This document shows positions 49,423 through 58,730 of a stretch of DNA of 59,600 nucleotides, in pieces; position 1 is the stretch's first letter, and each line of letters opens with the position of its first letter. The notes under the pieces are model-generated. The model did no database searches. It had not been told where the DNA came from and was given only the letters and a program-made list of their open reading frames with translations. Origin of the DNA: Veillonella parvula (GTDB lineage: Bacteria > Bacillota > Negativicutes > Veillonellales > Veillonellaceae); the NCBI GenBank assembly GCA_947096075.1, contig CAMUQE010000001.1, positions 1 to 59,600 of the forward strand. The letters run 5' to 3'. Made by a program: the position numbers and the translations under genes.

Positions 49423-51467
49423 TGGCAACCATTCATGTATTGGATGAAACGACAATCAATAAAATAGCTGCCGGTGAAGTCGTTGAACGTCCCGCATCAG
49501 TTATTAAAGAGCTCATAGAAAACTCTATTGATGCGTCAGCTACCAATATAGAGATTGAAATCGGTGATGGCGGTGTAGCATACATGCGTATTACCGATAA
49601 TGGCATTGGTATGACGGAAGAGGATGCTCGCTTGGCGATTCTACGTCATGCAACCTCTAAGATTCAACAAGTAGAGGACCTCTTTGATATTGCGTCCCTA
49701 GGCTTCCGTGGGGAGGCCTTGGCTAGTATTGCCTCTGTATCTCATTTCTCTTTAATCACTCGTAAAGCAGACTCTGACTTGGGAACTCGTATTACTGTTG
49801 ATGGAGGCACTTTTACCGATTGTATTCCTTATGGTGCGGCACCAGGTACGACTATCGAAATTCGAGATTTGTTTTATAATACGCCGGCTCGTCGTAAATT
49901 CTTAAAAACTGAGCGTACAGAAGCCTCTAAGATTCAAGATATCGTGGGGAAATTAGCACTAAGTAATCCACATATCTCTTTTAAGCTTATCGTCGATGAT
50001 CGGGTGTCAATTATTACACCAGGAAATGGTAATATTAGTGATACTGTAGCTTCATTATACGGATATAAAACCAAGGATGATATTTTTACAGTTGCCTATG
50101 AAAGTGACTCCATTTATATCGATGGCGTAGTGAGTAAGCCGACACTTCTTAAAAGCACAAGGATATGGCAGACCATCATCGTCAATAATCGAGTGATTTC
50201 TGATAAAACTATAATGAAGGCTATCGATAATGCATACCATGCACTTTTACCGAAAAATGGTCATCCTTTGGTGGTATTAAATATTACTGTGCCTGCGGGA
50301 ATGGTTGATATAAACGTACATCCTCGCAAGAGTGAAGTTAAATTCTCAGATGATAAGATTATATTTAAAGCCGTTTATCACGGTATCTTAAATGCTCTAA
50401 ATAATCCACTCCATGAGAGATACGAACGAGAGTCATCATCTTATATGACTGGTACAGCTGCTAATATATCTGATGATAATGGTAATACTACTGATAGTAG
50501 TAACAGTAGTATAAATAATAGTTTTAGTTCTGATAGAACATCCTTACATGGTAATAGCACTTATGATTCTTACAGAGCACCTTCTGCTGTACATGATGAG
50601 ATGCAGTCTGCAGAACATATAGCCACAGCTATAGATTATGATAAAGTCTTTGGTGGACGCCGTACAAAAGGCTATGAAGTTTTGCGCGATAAAACTTCAC
50701 AGTTTGTGGAGAATCTCAAAACTAAGGGGTATACACCACCTGCACCAAAGACAACTTATGAACAATCATCCTTTATAGATGAAAGTTTTGACGCTGTTCC
50801 TAAGGAATATACTAGTTATACTAAAGAGGATATAGAACGTTTTAAATCTTTATCTCATGACATCCGTGAACAAGATGTGGAGGAACGGACAATTCAAAAC
50901 TCTGGCTTCCTACCTATGGGCCAAGTTGCGTCTTGTTATATATTAGCTAAAAAAGGTGATGATCTGTATATCATAGATCAACATGCGGCGCATGAGCGTG
51001 TGCGTTATGATAAGTTGTGTAAATCTTCTGAATCGATTCCTATGCAATCTATTTTGGTTCCTCAATATAATGAGGCCACAGATGATGAAATGAATTTAGT
51101 AGAGGAAGAACGAGAAACATTACTTGATCTTGGCTTTGATGTAGAATTGGGTGGTCCTACTAAAATAAAACTTGTGGGAGCCCCTGTAGATTTAGTAGAG
51201 TCAAAAGCATTTGAAATTCTCCAATATGTATTTTCTTACTTACATGATCATCAACAACCTACTAAGGCTCAATTACGACATGAAATGTTAGCCTATGCAT
51301 CTTGTAGAGGAGCCATCAAGGCAGGTCATAATTTAAATATGTATCAAATGACTACCTTAATTGAGGACTTATTTAATACCGAAAAACCATATGTATGTCC
51401 TCATGGTCGTCCTACGATAATAAAATTTACGCCTGATGAATTAGGTAAATTATTCTTACGGTCTTAA
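49422..51467 (+). CDS. mutL: DNA mismatch repair endonuclease MutL
   Basis: IAAGEVVERP, GFRGEAL, DQHAAHER endonuclease motif, CPHGRP. Confidence 0.98.
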   Translation: MATIHVLDETTINKIAAGEVVERPASVIKELIENSIDASATNIEIEIGDGGVAYMRITDNGIGMTEEDARLAILRHATSKIQQVEDLFDIASLGFRGEALASIASVSHFSLITRKADSDLGTRITVDGGTFTDCIPYGAAPGTTIEIRDLFYNTPARRKFLKTERTEASKIQDIVGKLALSNPHISFKLIVDDRVSIITPGNGNISDTVASLYGYKTKDDIFTVAYESDSIYIDGVVSKPTLLKSTRIWQTIIVNNRVISDKTIMKAIDNAYHALLPKNGHPLVVLNITVPAGMVDINVHPRKSEVKFSDDKIIFKAVYHGILNALNNPLHERYERESSSYMTGTAANISDDNGNTTDSSNSSINNSFSSDRTSLHGNSTYDSYRAPSAVHDEMQSAEHIATAIDYDKVFGGRRTKGYEVLRDKTSQFVENLKTKGYTPPAPKTTYEQSSFIDESFDAVPKEYTSYTKEDIERFKSLSHDIREQDVEERTIQNSGFLPMGQVASCYILAKKGDDLYIIDQHAAHERVRYDKLCKSSESIPMQSILVPQYNEATDDEMNLVEEERETLLDLGFDVELGGPTKIKLVGAPVDLVESKAFEILQYVFSYLHDHQQPTKAQLRHEMLAYASCRGAIKAGHNLNMYQMTTLIEDLFNTEKPYVCPHGRPTIIKFTPDELGKLFLRS

Positions 51468-51468
51468 T

Positions 51469-52281
51469 ATGAATATATTAACTACAGCTCAAAAATCTAA
51501 TGAGGCCATTCAAGAGGAAGCCAAAGCTTTGGCTTCCTCTATGCATATGACCTATATAAAACGAGGTAAAACATCGATACCAGCCTTATTCTCTAAGTAT
51601 CAATGCGAATATATTGCGGTTCTTGCCGGTTCTGGATTAACGATTCATTTTCCAGAAAATCAACAACATACCTTTCATTTGTCTATGGCTCAATTGCGTA
51701 TACTACGTTTACAGCGTGGAGAAGGGGAGCATTTAGTTAATGCTATTCAGACAATACTAAATGCTAATGAAATAAGTGATAAAGAAGAATTTTCGTTTCT
51801 TGATTGTACAATTGGCCTTGGTAGTGACAGTATTGTCGTGAGCTATGCTTTTCCTCAGGCTCAAATAAAAGGCCTAGAAGGGTCTTTCCCTATATGGCTT
51901 GCCACATCGTATGGTTTAGCTCATTATTCTCATAATGTGAAAAGTGTGACGGACGCATTACGTCGTATTGAGGTAAGTCATGATACCTTTGAAAATTATC
52001 TATCTAATTTACCAGATGGTAGTATAGATATTATTTATTTTGACCCCATGTTCGAAGTACCTGTAGAGGATAGTCCTCAATTTAAACCACTTCGTGGACA
52101 TACTGTGGAAAGTCATATTGATGATACAATCATGGAGGAGGCTATGCGTGCTGCCTTGTGTGGTGTTATCATTAAAGAACGACCGTTTAGTTCTGTTTTT
52201 CAGAAGTATCCACCTCATCAATGGGTGGGCGGAAGATATAGCCGCATAGGCTATGGTGTATATATGAAGGAGTTATTGTGA
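51469..52281 (+). CDS. Class I SAM-dependent methyltransferase, RsmJ/YhiQ-like
   Basis: LDCTIGLGSDS and DIIYFDPMF motifs; lies between mutL and miaA. Confidence 0.75.
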   Translation: MNILTTAQKSNEAIQEEAKALASSMHMTYIKRGKTSIPALFSKYQCEYIAVLAGSGLTIHFPENQQHTFHLSMAQLRILRLQRGEGEHLVNAIQTILNANEISDKEEFSFLDCTIGLGSDSIVVSYAFPQAQIKGLEGSFPIWLATSYGLAHYSHNVKSVTDALRRIEVSHDTFENYLSNLPDGSIDIIYFDPMFEVPVEDSPQFKPLRGHTVESHIDDTIMEEAMRAALCGVIIKERPFSSVFQKYPPHQWVGGRYSRIGYGVYMKELL

Positions 52282-53207
52282 ATCCCTTAATTACCATCGT
52301 TGGACCTACAGCGGTAGGCAAAACAGAACTTACCTTGGACTTAGCAGAACAGCTGCATGCTGAGGTTATTTCTGGTGATGCTTACCAGGTATATAAACAA
52401 CTTAATATTGGTACCGCTAAACCATCGCTAGATGAACTTAATCGGGTGAAACATCATCTCATCGATATACTGGAACCAAATGACTCATATTCGGTATCTA
52501 TTTTTCAAGATCAAGCCAAAGAAATAATAGCAAGATTAAAAGATAGAAATATTCTTCCTATTCTGTCTGGTGGTACAGGGCTTTATGTTCAATCATTATT
52601 GGAGAACTATAACTTTAATGATGTTAAGCCTGATGAAAGTTTACGAGCAGAACTAGATGAGCTATATAATACCAAAGGTATTGAAGGCTTACGAGAATAT
52701 GCTTTTACTTTAGGAACAGAACATAATATAGAAATTCAATATAGTGATAAGCATCGCTTATATCGAGCTATTGAGATCTTGCACTATGGTGATGTAGATT
52801 CGTTACGAAATCAAACTAAAGCTGGTTTATCTTATAAAGGGCCTGTTATCGGTCTCATGAGAGACCGTGATAAACTATATGAGCGCATCAATTTACGGGT
52901 TGATATGATGTTTGATGCAGGCTTGGTTGAAGAAGTGGAACAACTCATAAAATCCGGTGTGAAGCCAGATTGCCAAGCATTTAAAGGTATTGGCTATAAA
53001 GAAGTTGTAGACTATATAAATGGCAGTATAACATTAGATGAATGTAGAGATTTGATCAAGAAAAACACGCGTCATTTTGCGAAGCGCCAAATCACTTGGT
53101 ATAAGCGCATGCCATATATTGAATGGATTCATATTGATAATAATACATCTAAAGATTTTATATTTAATAAAGCTATGGAATTAATTCGTAGAGAAGGATT
53201 AGCATGA
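52278..53207 (+). CDS. miaA: tRNA dimethylallyltransferase
   Basis: GPTAVGKT, IGTAKP, GGTGLY, IGYKE, FAKRQITW. Confidence 0.97.
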   Translation: MNPLITIVGPTAVGKTELTLDLAEQLHAEVISGDAYQVYKQLNIGTAKPSLDELNRVKHHLIDILEPNDSYSVSIFQDQAKEIIARLKDRNILPILSGGTGLYVQSLLENYNFNDVKPDESLRAELDELYNTKGIEGLREYAFTLGTEHNIEIQYSDKHRLYRAIEILHYGDVDSLRNQTKAGLSYKGPVIGLMRDRDKLYERINLRVDMMFDAGLVEEVEQLIKSGVKPDCQAFKGIGYKEVVDYINGSITLDECRDLIKKNTRHFAKRQITWYKRMPYIEWIHIDNNTSKDFIFNKAMELIRREGLA

Positions 53208-54442
53208 CATTAGAAGAAATACGCAGTAAAGCCCTTGAAATGGCTGAACCTGAATTTAAAAAGTTTGAACCTATTGCATTGGCCAATACAAAAAAGGTAT
53301 TGAAAGCTTTTAAAGAATGCCAAGTATCTGATTATCATTTTACGGGCACAACTGGTTATGGTTATAACGATATAGGTCGTGAGAAATTAGATGAAGTATT
53401 TGCCTATGTATTTAAAGGTGAAAAGGCCATTGTACGACCGCACTTTGTTTCTGGTACACATGCATTAGCAACGACGCTAATTTCTTTGATGGGAAATGGT
53501 TCTAAAGGTACTGAATTTATATATGCTGTTGGGGCTCCTTACGATACGATGCAATCTGTTATCGGTGCATCTCGTGAAGTGCGTGGTTCTTTAGTAGAAA
53601 AAGGCTTTACCTATACAGAGGTATCTTTGAAAGATAATACCTATGATGTAGATGCCATTGCTAAAGCTGTTAATGATAATACTAGAGTAGTGGTTATTCA
53701 ACGTTCTCGCGGCTATAGCACACGTGAGCCATTATCTATCGCAGATATTAAGATTATTGTAGACGCTGTAAAAGCTAAAAATCCGAATACAATTTGTTTC
53801 GTAGATAATTGTTATGGAGAGTTTACAGAGCTTCAAGAACCTTTAGAGGCTGGTGCGGATATCATGGCGGGTTCGCTCATCAAAAATGCGGGAGGTGGTT
53901 TAGCACCCACAGGTGGTTATATCGTAGGTCGTGAAGAGCTTGTAGAAGATGCAGCGTATCAATTGACGGCTCCTGGCTTAGGTGATCATATGGGTTCTTA
54001 TGCACCTGGGTATCGTTTGTTTTTCCAAGGCTTATTTATGGCACCTCACGTAGTATTACAGGCGCTTAAAGGCGCTGTGTATACTGCAGCTGTAGGTGAG
54101 TTATTAGGTTATGATGTATTCCCTAAGGTAGATGCAGATCGTTATGATTTGATTCAAGCTATTAATCTGAAAAATGGAGAAGAAATGGAGCATTTTTGCG
54201 TAGGTATGCAGGCTTACTCTCCTGTAGATGCTCATGTACATCCAATTCCTGGTGATATGCCTGGTTACGAAGATAAAATCATCATGGCTGGAGGTACATT
54301 TGTACAGGGGTCATCTATTGAGTTGAGTGCAGATGGTCCTGTACGTCCTCCATATACGATTTTTATGCAAGGTGGTCTAGTATTTGAACATTCCATGCTT
54401 GGTATTTTAGGCGCCGCTGAAGAGTTATTAAAACATAGATAA
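53204..54442 (+). CDS. YnbB / 'aluminium resistance' PLP-dependent lyase family protein
   Basis: TGYGYNDIGRE, FVSGTHA, IQRSRGYS, FVDNCYGEF, GSLIKNAGGG, GSSIELSADGP. Confidence 0.9.
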   Translation: MTLEEIRSKALEMAEPEFKKFEPIALANTKKVLKAFKECQVSDYHFTGTTGYGYNDIGREKLDEVFAYVFKGEKAIVRPHFVSGTHALATTLISLMGNGSKGTEFIYAVGAPYDTMQSVIGASREVRGSLVEKGFTYTEVSLKDNTYDVDAIAKAVNDNTRVVVIQRSRGYSTREPLSIADIKIIVDAVKAKNPNTICFVDNCYGEFTELQEPLEAGADIMAGSLIKNAGGGLAPTGGYIVGREELVEDAAYQLTAPGLGDHMGSYAPGYRLFFQGLFMAPHVVLQALKGAVYTAAVGELLGYDVFPKVDADRYDLIQAINLKNGEEMEHFCVGMQAYSPVDAHVHPIPGDMPGYEDKIIMAGGTFVQGSSIELSADGPVRPPYTIFMQGGLVFEHSMLGILGAAEELLKHR

Positions 54443-54447
54443 TATTT

Positions 54448-54486
54448 AGAATCTCTTTCTTTTAGAGAAGGGGGTTCTTTTTATTT
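54448..54486 (+). terminator. Intrinsic terminator after the ynbB-like gene
   Basis: agaatctctttct / agaaagggggttct stem followed by a T tract. Confidence 0.75.
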
Positions 54487-54516
54487 CAAATCTTTTCAAT
54501 GTACCTATTTCTAGGC

Positions 54517-54547
54517 TATAATATAAGTTGCTATAATTTTATAGCAA
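54517..54547 (+). promoter_or_regulatory. mnmA promoter region: TATAAT (54517-54522) and extended -10 TGCTATAAT (54529-54537) inside a 20-bp palindrome
   Basis: ttgctataa-tt-ttatagcaa at 54528-54547. Confidence 0.55.
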
Positions 54548-54641
54548 TACTACTCGGACTTTTACACCGAACTAGTGGTTTACACGTCAGGCTTTCACCC
54601 TGATTAGTTTTATGATCAAGCGATCATTAAAAGGAGAAAGT
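54548..54641 (+). ncRNA. Candidate structured mnmA leader with two tRNA anticodon-arm mimics
   Basis: Hairpins tcgga-CTTTTAC-accga (54554-54570) and tcagg-CTTTCAC-cctga (54587-54603), plus atgatc/gatcat (54612-54627) just before the SD. Confidence 0.5.
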
Positions 54642-55703
54642 ATGGAAAAAGTTATCGCTGTAGCTATGAGTGGCGGCGTAGACAGTTCTTTAACTGCTGC
54701 AATGCTACTAAAACAAGGCTATAAAGTATTTGGTATTACTCTATGGTTATGGGTGAGTGGCACGCCCTATGATGAGGTGCCTCTTGCCGTAACAGATGCT
54801 AAGAAAATGTGTGATTTTCTTGGTATCGAGCATCATGTAATCGATGCTCGTGATGTATTCTACGAAAATGTAGTAGATTACTTTGTAAAAGAATATGCCT
54901 ATGGTCGTACGCCAAATCCTTGTGTATTTTGTAACAAAAATATTAAATTTGATTTGATGCTTAACCGTGCTCTTGAACTCGGTGCCACCCATATGGTTAC
55001 TGGTCATTATGCACAAGTTAATTATAATGAAGAAACGGGTTTGTATGAGTTACATAAAGGTGTTGATCCTACAAAAGATCAAAGTTATGTTATGTACAAT
55101 ATGAACCAACGTATTTTGAGTCATCTTATGTTCCCATTAGGTGGTCAATGTAAGACTGAAACACGTAAATTAGCTGCTGAATATGATTTACCAGTAGCTA
55201 AGAAACCAGATAGTGTAGATATTTGTTTCTTGCCTCATGGAAACTATCAAAAGCTGGTGGCAGAAGAAATGAAGGGAAAGCCAGAGTCTGGTAATATCGT
55301 TACCGAAGATGGTGAAGTGTTAGGTAAGCACAATGGCTTATTTAATTACACTATTGGTCAACGTAAGGGACTTGGTATTGCGTATAAGTACCCATTATAT
55401 GTTATTGGTTTTAATGGTGACCGTAACGAGGTCATCGTAGGTCCTAACGAACGACTCTTTACAAATCGAATGATTTGTAAGTTTTATAACTTCTTAGATG
55501 ATACCATTCATAAAGAATTGAAGGTACAAGGTAAGATTCGCTATGCAGCTAATCCTTCTCCTTGTACAGCACGTATTTTAGATGACGATACGATGGAGGT
55601 TATCTTTGAAGAACCACAACGGGCTATTACCCCTGGTCAGTCCGTAGCCTTTTATAATGGCACTCAATTATTGGGAGGTGCTGTTATCGATCGCGTATGT
55701 TAG
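54642..55703 (+). CDS. mnmA: tRNA 2-thiouridine(34) synthase
   Basis: AMSGGVDS, GRTPNPCVFCN, TGHYA, KDQSY, DSVDICF, YTIGQRKGL, AITPGQS; ATG 54642 behind AAGGAG. Confidence 0.97.
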   Translation: MEKVIAVAMSGGVDSSLTAAMLLKQGYKVFGITLWLWVSGTPYDEVPLAVTDAKKMCDFLGIEHHVIDARDVFYENVVDYFVKEYAYGRTPNPCVFCNKNIKFDLMLNRALELGATHMVTGHYAQVNYNEETGLYELHKGVDPTKDQSYVMYNMNQRILSHLMFPLGGQCKTETRKLAAEYDLPVAKKPDSVDICFLPHGNYQKLVAEEMKGKPESGNIVTEDGEVLGKHNGLFNYTIGQRKGLGIAYKYPLYVIGFNGDRNEVIVGPNERLFTNRMICKFYNFLDDTIHKELKVQGKIRYAANPSPCTARILDDDTMEVIFEEPQRAITPGQSVAFYNGTQLLGGAVIDRVC

Positions 55704-55741
55704 AAAGGAGAATGCAAGTTCTTTGAACTTGTTTATATAGT

Positions 55742-57541
55742 ATGTCAACGAAAAAGATTCGAAACTTCTGTATTATAGCCCATATCGACCATGGTAAATC
55801 TACCATCGCTGATAGATTAATTGAATATACTGGTACATTACAAAAACGTGAAATGGAGGCTCAAGTTTTGGATTCCATGGACCTCGAACGTGAACGCGGT
55901 ATTACTATTAAAGCGCAATCTGTTCGCATTTTGTATAAAGCGCAAGATGGTGAAGAATATATCTTGAATCTTATCGATACTCCAGGCCATGTCGATTTCA
56001 GTTATGAAGTATCTCGTTCTCTTGCAGCTTGTGAAGGGGCATTACTTGTTGTTGATGCTGCTCAAGGTGTGGAAGCGCAAACGTTGGCAAATGTGTATCT
56101 AGCTTTAGAACATGATCTTGAAATCATTCCTGTTATTAACAAGATTGATTTGCCGTCAGCAGACCCTGATCGCGTTAAACAAGAAATTGAAGATATTATT
56201 GGTTTAGATGCATCTGATGCTGTACTATGTTCTGCTAAATCAGGTATCGGTATCCCGGATATTTTAGAAGCCATTGTAAATAAAGTTCCTGCACCACCAG
56301 ATAAATCTGATGAGCCAACAAGAGCCTTAATTTTTGATAGCCGTTTTGATGCGTACAAAGGTGCTATTGCCTATGTCCGCGTAAAAGAAGGGTCCATAAA
56401 AGCAAAAGATACTATTCGCATGATGCATGATAAAAAGGACTTTGATGTTACAGAACTTGGCATCTTTACACCTAATCTTGTACCTGTACAAGAATTACCA
56501 TGTGGATCAGTAGGTTGCATTGCAGCTAGCATCAAAAATGTAAAAGATTGTCACGTAGGCGATACTGTAACATTAGCTAATAATCCTGCATCAGAACCTT
56601 TGCCTGGTTATCGTAAGGCCGTATCCATGGTGTACTGTGGCCTTTACCCAACAGAGTCTAAAGATTATGAAAACCTTCGTGATGCATTAGAAAAGTTACA
56701 GCTAAATGATGCTGCCTTAGAATATGAAGCAGAAACATCATTGGCGTTGGGCTTTGGTTTCCGTTGTGGGTTCCTTGGTCTTTTGCATATGGACGTAATT
56801 CAAGAACGTTTAGAACGTGAATATAACTTGACGCTTATTACGACGGCTCCATCTGTAAATTACAAAGTGTACAAAACCAATGGGGAAATGCTTGAAGTCG
56901 ATAATCCTGCTAAATTGCCCCCTCCAACAGAAATTGATTACATTGAAGAGCCTTATGTAAAGGCAACTACAATCGTACCTAAAGATTTCGTTGGTACTAT
57001 TATGGAGTTATCTCAGGATAAACGCGGTGAATACCAATCTATGGAATACTTAGATGAAACACGCGTATCTGTTGTGTATCATTTACCATTGAGTGAAATC
57101 ATTTATGATTACTTTGATAAATTAAAATCTGCCACAAAGGGTTATGCATCCCTTGACTATGAATTGATTGGTTATAAACAATCTCCAATGGTTAAGATGG
57201 ATATTCTATTAAATGGTGATCCTGTGGATGCATTGTCCATTATCGTACATAAGGACCGCGCCGCTACACGTGGTCGTGCATTGGCAGAAAAATTAAAAGA
57301 ACTCATTCCTCGTCAAATGTTTGAAATTCCTATTCAAGCTGCGGTAGGTACAAAAATTGTGGCTCGTGAAACTGTAAAAGCTTGGCGTAAGGACGTTTTG
57401 GCAAAATGTTACGGTGGTGATATTTCTCGTAAGCGTAAATTACTTGAAAAACAAAAAGCCGGTAAGAAACGCATGAAATCTGTCGGTTCTGTAGAGATTC
57501 CACAAGAAGCATTCATGGCGATTCTCAAGGTTGAGGACTAA
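55742..57541 (+). CDS. lepA: Elongation factor 4
   Basis: [48 protein letters not shown]. Confidence 0.99.
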   Translation: MSTKKIRNFCIIAHIDHGKSTIADRLIEYTGTLQKREMEAQVLDSMDLERERGITIKAQSVRILYKAQDGEEYILNLIDTPGHVDFSYEVSRSLAACEGALLVVDAAQGVEAQTLANVYLALEHDLEIIPVINKIDLPSADPDRVKQEIEDIIGLDASDAVLCSAKSGIGIPDILEAIVNKVPAPPDKSDEPTRALIFDSRFDAYKGAIAYVRVKEGSIKAKDTIRMMHDKKDFDVTELGIFTPNLVPVQELPCGSVGCIAASIKNVKDCHVGDTVTLANNPASEPLPGYRKAVSMVYCGLYPTESKDYENLRDALEKLQLNDAALEYEAETSLALGFGFRCGFLGLLHMDVIQERLEREYNLTLITTAPSVNYKVYKTNGEMLEVDNPAKLPPPTEIDYIEEPYVKATTIVPKDFVGTIMELSQDKRGEYQSMEYLDETRVSVVYHLPLSEIIYDYFDKLKSATKGYASLDYELIGYKQSPMVKMDILLNGDPVDALSIIVHKDRAATRGRALAEKLKELIPRQMFEIPIQAAVGTKIVARETVKAWRKDVLAKCYGGDISRKRKLLEKQKAGKKRMKSVGSVEIPQEAFMAILKVED

Positions 57542-57545
57542 TATA

Positions 57546-58730
57546 ATGAAAACAGATTCTAATATTTTGAATCTGTCTACACTTGGGGATATGGGCTTGT
57601 ATGTTCATATCCCTTTTTGTAAACAGAAATGTATGTACTGTGATTTTCCGGCCTATCAGAATTTACAAGACTATTACGAAACCTATGTATATGCTTTAGT
57701 TCAAGAAGTCGATTTATGGGTCTCTGAACATCCAGAGTCTACATCTAAAGCTATTGATACAATTTATTTTGGGGGAGGTACGCCTACAGAATTATCGATT
57801 CAACAACTACAGATGATTCTTGATAAAATCAAAAATACTTTTACAATTACTGATGATTGTCATATGACTATTGAATCGAATCCTGGAGAGGTAGATTTAC
57901 GGTATCTTACCAAATTAGTGCAATTAGGTTTTAATCGTATTAGTTTTGGTATTCAAACCTTTGATGATAAGGCGCTCGCTATGCTGCATCGCAGTCACAA
58001 TGGGGAAAAGGCTAAACAAGCTGTTTATGATGCTAAAGAGGCAGGCTTTGCTGATATTAATATTGATTTGATTTATGGATTACCAAGACAATCCTTAGAC
58101 GATATTAAACGTAATTTAGTAATCGTGAAAGACCTACCTATTAATCATATTTCTACTTATGGTTTACAAGTAGAGGTAGGCACATATTTATATCATTTAG
58201 TTCAGAAAAATCTTATTTCCATTCCTAGTGAAAGCATTGATGAAGCTATGTATGATACGATGATGGAAGGATTAAAAGTACTTGGTTTCGAACGATATGA
58301 GATTTCAAATTTTTCGAAGGATAACTTTTATAGTCGCCATAATTTAAAATATTGGCACTATGTAGATTACTTAGGTTTTGGTGCGGGAGCGCATTCTTTT
58401 TATAATGGTGTTCGCCGCAGTAATAACCGAAATGTAATGCCTTATATACAATCAGTTGATCGATATGTTATGCCTACTATCGATACGGAGACGATTACTT
58501 TAGAACGAGCTCAAGAGGATTTTTGCTTTTTAGCTCTTCGCACTAAATGGGGTCTTGATGAACAAAAATTCGAAGATACATTTGGCGTATCCGTCTATGA
58601 TTTATTTGGTACTACTTTAGAGGATTTAGTTAGTAAAAGTCTATTAGAGTATCAAAATGGAAGTTATCACTTAACAGCTGAAGGTGCCAAGCATGGAAAC
58701 TATGTATTTAGTCAATTTATTCGTGAGTAA
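57546..58730 (+). CDS. hemW: Radical SAM heme chaperone HemW (HemN-like)
   Basis: YVHIPFCKQKCMYCDF, GGGTPT, YEISNF, HNLKYW; lepA-hemW synteny. Confidence 0.92.
   Translation: MKTDSNILNLSTLGDMGLYVHIPFCKQKCMYCDFPAYQNLQDYYETYVYALVQEVDLWVSEHPESTSKAIDTIYFGGGTPTELSIQQLQMILDKIKNTFTITDDCHMTIESNPGEVDLRYLTKLVQLGFNRISFGIQTFDDKALAMLHRSHNGEKAKQAVYDAKEAGFADINIDLIYGLPRQSLDDIKRNLVIVKDLPINHISTYGLQVEVGTYLYHLVQKNLISIPSESIDEAMYDTMMEGLKVLGFERYEISNFSKDNFYSRHNLKYWHYVDYLGFGAGAHSFYNGVRRSNNRNVMPYIQSVDRYVMPTIDTETITLERAQEDFCFLALRTKWGLDEQKFEDTFGVSVYDLFGTTLEDLVSKSLLEYQNGSYHLTAEGAKHGNYVFSQFIRE

Noticed and set aside
50450..50570. Asn/Ser-rich low-complexity stretch in mutL suggesting an insertion or tandem repeat
   Set aside because: It falls in the normally variable MutL interdomain linker, stays in frame and has no clean repeat unit.
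54566..54640. Complete tRNA-Glu gene upstream of mnmA
   Set aside because: The anticodon arm and a D-loop-like segment are present, but there is no T-arm (GTTCRA), acceptor stem or CCA, so it is treated as a mimic or remnant.
54612..54641. Longer mnmA start (MIKRSLKGES)
   Set aside because: ATG 54612 has no SD and lies in a hairpin; AAGGAG precedes ATG 54642.
25225..57548. Similar junction sequence TTGAGGACT(C)AATATAA at the fmt/DUF116 and lepA/hemW boundaries
   Set aside because: Only two short matches, explained by SD-like GAGG plus stop/start overlap constraints; probably coincidence.
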